35,955 nt of DNA from Patescibacteria group bacterium (GTDB taxonomy: Bacteria > Patescibacteriota > Minisyncoccia > Phycocordibacterales > UBA9973). A program made the position numbers and the translations under genes. This document shows, one piece after another, positions 35,149 to 35,955 of this stretch. How positions within the stretch are numbered: position 1 is the first letter of the stretch; each line of letters begins with the position of its first letter. A model generated the notes under the pieces. It was not told the DNA's origin, ran no database searches, and saw only the letters and a program-made list of their open reading frames with translations. The stretch spans positions 1 through 35,955 of the forward strand of contig JBBUEH010000023.1 of assembly GCA_038078255.1 (NCBI GenBank), read 5' to 3'.

Positions 35149-35730
35149 TTACACCCTTTCTACATATTCTTCCGTTTCAGTATTGATGCTGACAATGTCA
35201 CTTTCGTTTATAAACATTGGCGCATTTAGGCTCGTACCATTCTCCAGGGTTATAACTTTGTTGCCACCTTTAGAGGTGTCTCCTCGGACGGCTGGTGGAG
35301 CTTCTCTAACTTTAAAATTCATTTTGATAGGCAAACTTATTTTAATTATTTTTTCTTCATCATCATTATTTATCCAAACTAGAGCGGTCACATTTCCATT
35401 TTGTTTAAGAAATTTCACACTGTTACCCATCAATGCTTCTTCTAATTTAAATCTATTCGCTTTATTTTCAGGGTCGCAGAACCAGTATTCTTTTTTATTG
35501 GAATATAAAAATGTTACCTCTCTCTTTTCTATCTCGGCTTCATCCGCAGAGTCTGCTACATGGAAAGTAGCAGGGAAGACTTTGCCGGAGACGAGGCTTC
35601 GGAGCTTTACTTGATTTTGCGGTTTTCTTTGTTGCGTGCGAGCAACATGGCTTTCTACCACTTCACAGGGCTCATCATCATGAATAATTATTTTCTTCTC
35701 GCGAATTTCACTGTATTGAAGTTGAGACAT
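35149..35730 (-). CDS. efp: Elongation factor P
   Basis: PPAVRGDT, LENG, PMFINE.D.V.INTET.EYVERV. Start set at ATG 35730. Confidence 0.92.
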   Translation of the reverse strand: MSQLQYSEIREKKIIIHDDEPCEVVESHVARTQQRKPQNQVKLRSLVSGKVFPATFHVADSADEAEIEKREVTFLYSNKKEYWFCDPENKANRFKLEEALMGNSVKFLKQNGNVTALVWINNDDEEKIIKISLPIKMNFKVREAPPAVRGDTSKGGNKVITLENGTSLNAPMFINESDIVSINTETEEYVERV

Positions 35731-35785
35731 GTGGATTATACTAGCAAATTTAATTTTGCTATGCAAATTATCTTTTTAAAAACAA

Positions 35786-35955
35786 CTAAACTTCCTCAGC
35801 GAATTTCTTCTTGATTTCTTTTAGAATTTGGTCTGCTATCTTTTTATCTTCTTTTAAGAATTTTCTTGTGGCGTCGTAACCTACACCAAGTTTTACTTTC
35901 TCCCTAGACGCTTCAGCTGAAGCGTCGGGCGATCTGCCTTTGGCAGATTTAGCCT
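35786..35955 (-). CDS. recA: 3' end of a gene running off the window, probably RecA
   Basis: Manual translation ...AKSAKGRSPDASAEASREKVKLGVGYDATRKFLKEDKKIADQILKEIKKKFAEEV*. KLGVG.DA.R.FLKE...IA..I...I resembles the RecA C-terminal KIGQG.ENA..FLKEN..IA.EIE..I pattern. Confidence 0.65.
   Translation of the reverse strand, partial: AKSAKGRSPDASAEASREKVKLGVGYDATRKFLKEDKKIADQILKEIKKKFAEEV
35907..35948. repeat. Two adjacent palindromes in frame in the putative recA
   Basis: gacgcttcag|ctgaagcgtc (perfect 20-mer) and atctgcc-ttt-ggcagat. Confidence 0.75.

Noticed and set aside
1-35955. Alternative genetic code (TGA = Gly) or a prophage
   Set aside because: TGA ends pilB, argS and other genes at expected positions; no phage structural, integrase or replication genes.

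Overview
AT-rich, gene-dense bacterial chromosome segment using genetic code 11 (TGA is a stop). Gene content and protein style suggest a Patescibacteria/CPR genome, probably Parcubacteria; this is inference. It carries a type IV/competence pilus block (pilB, pilC, three minor pilins), tpiA, pgk, a HIT protein, recJ, rnhA, a split comEC interrupted by sod, glyA, an SDR, tmk, a kinase + RelE/XRE toxin-antitoxin islet, dut, argS, T-box-ileS, an MBL hydrolase, recO, glyQS, an M16 peptidase, an AI-2E permease, metG, tatD, rpsF-ssb-rpsR, efp and the probable 3' end of recA. No rRNA, tRNA, CRISPR array or transposase was seen. Main unexplained signals: (1) about 15 short palindromic mini-elements from several families, at least nine sites lying in frame in housekeeping genes (recJ, rnhA, comEC, argS, ileS twice, metG, tatD, recA). 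Seven hairpins share a TC/TC internal loop on the + strand (tandem GA/GA on the - strand), and two near-identical cores have different locus-specific inverted arms. (2) An actinobacterial-type ultrashort-Stem-I Ile T-box joined to an intrinsic terminator. (3) An IleRS with a non-canonical signature motif (VLHT), an inserted histidine-phosphatase domain and a fused C-terminal HD domain. (4) Extended -10 boxes 6-7 nt before many start codons, suggesting leaderless mRNAs.
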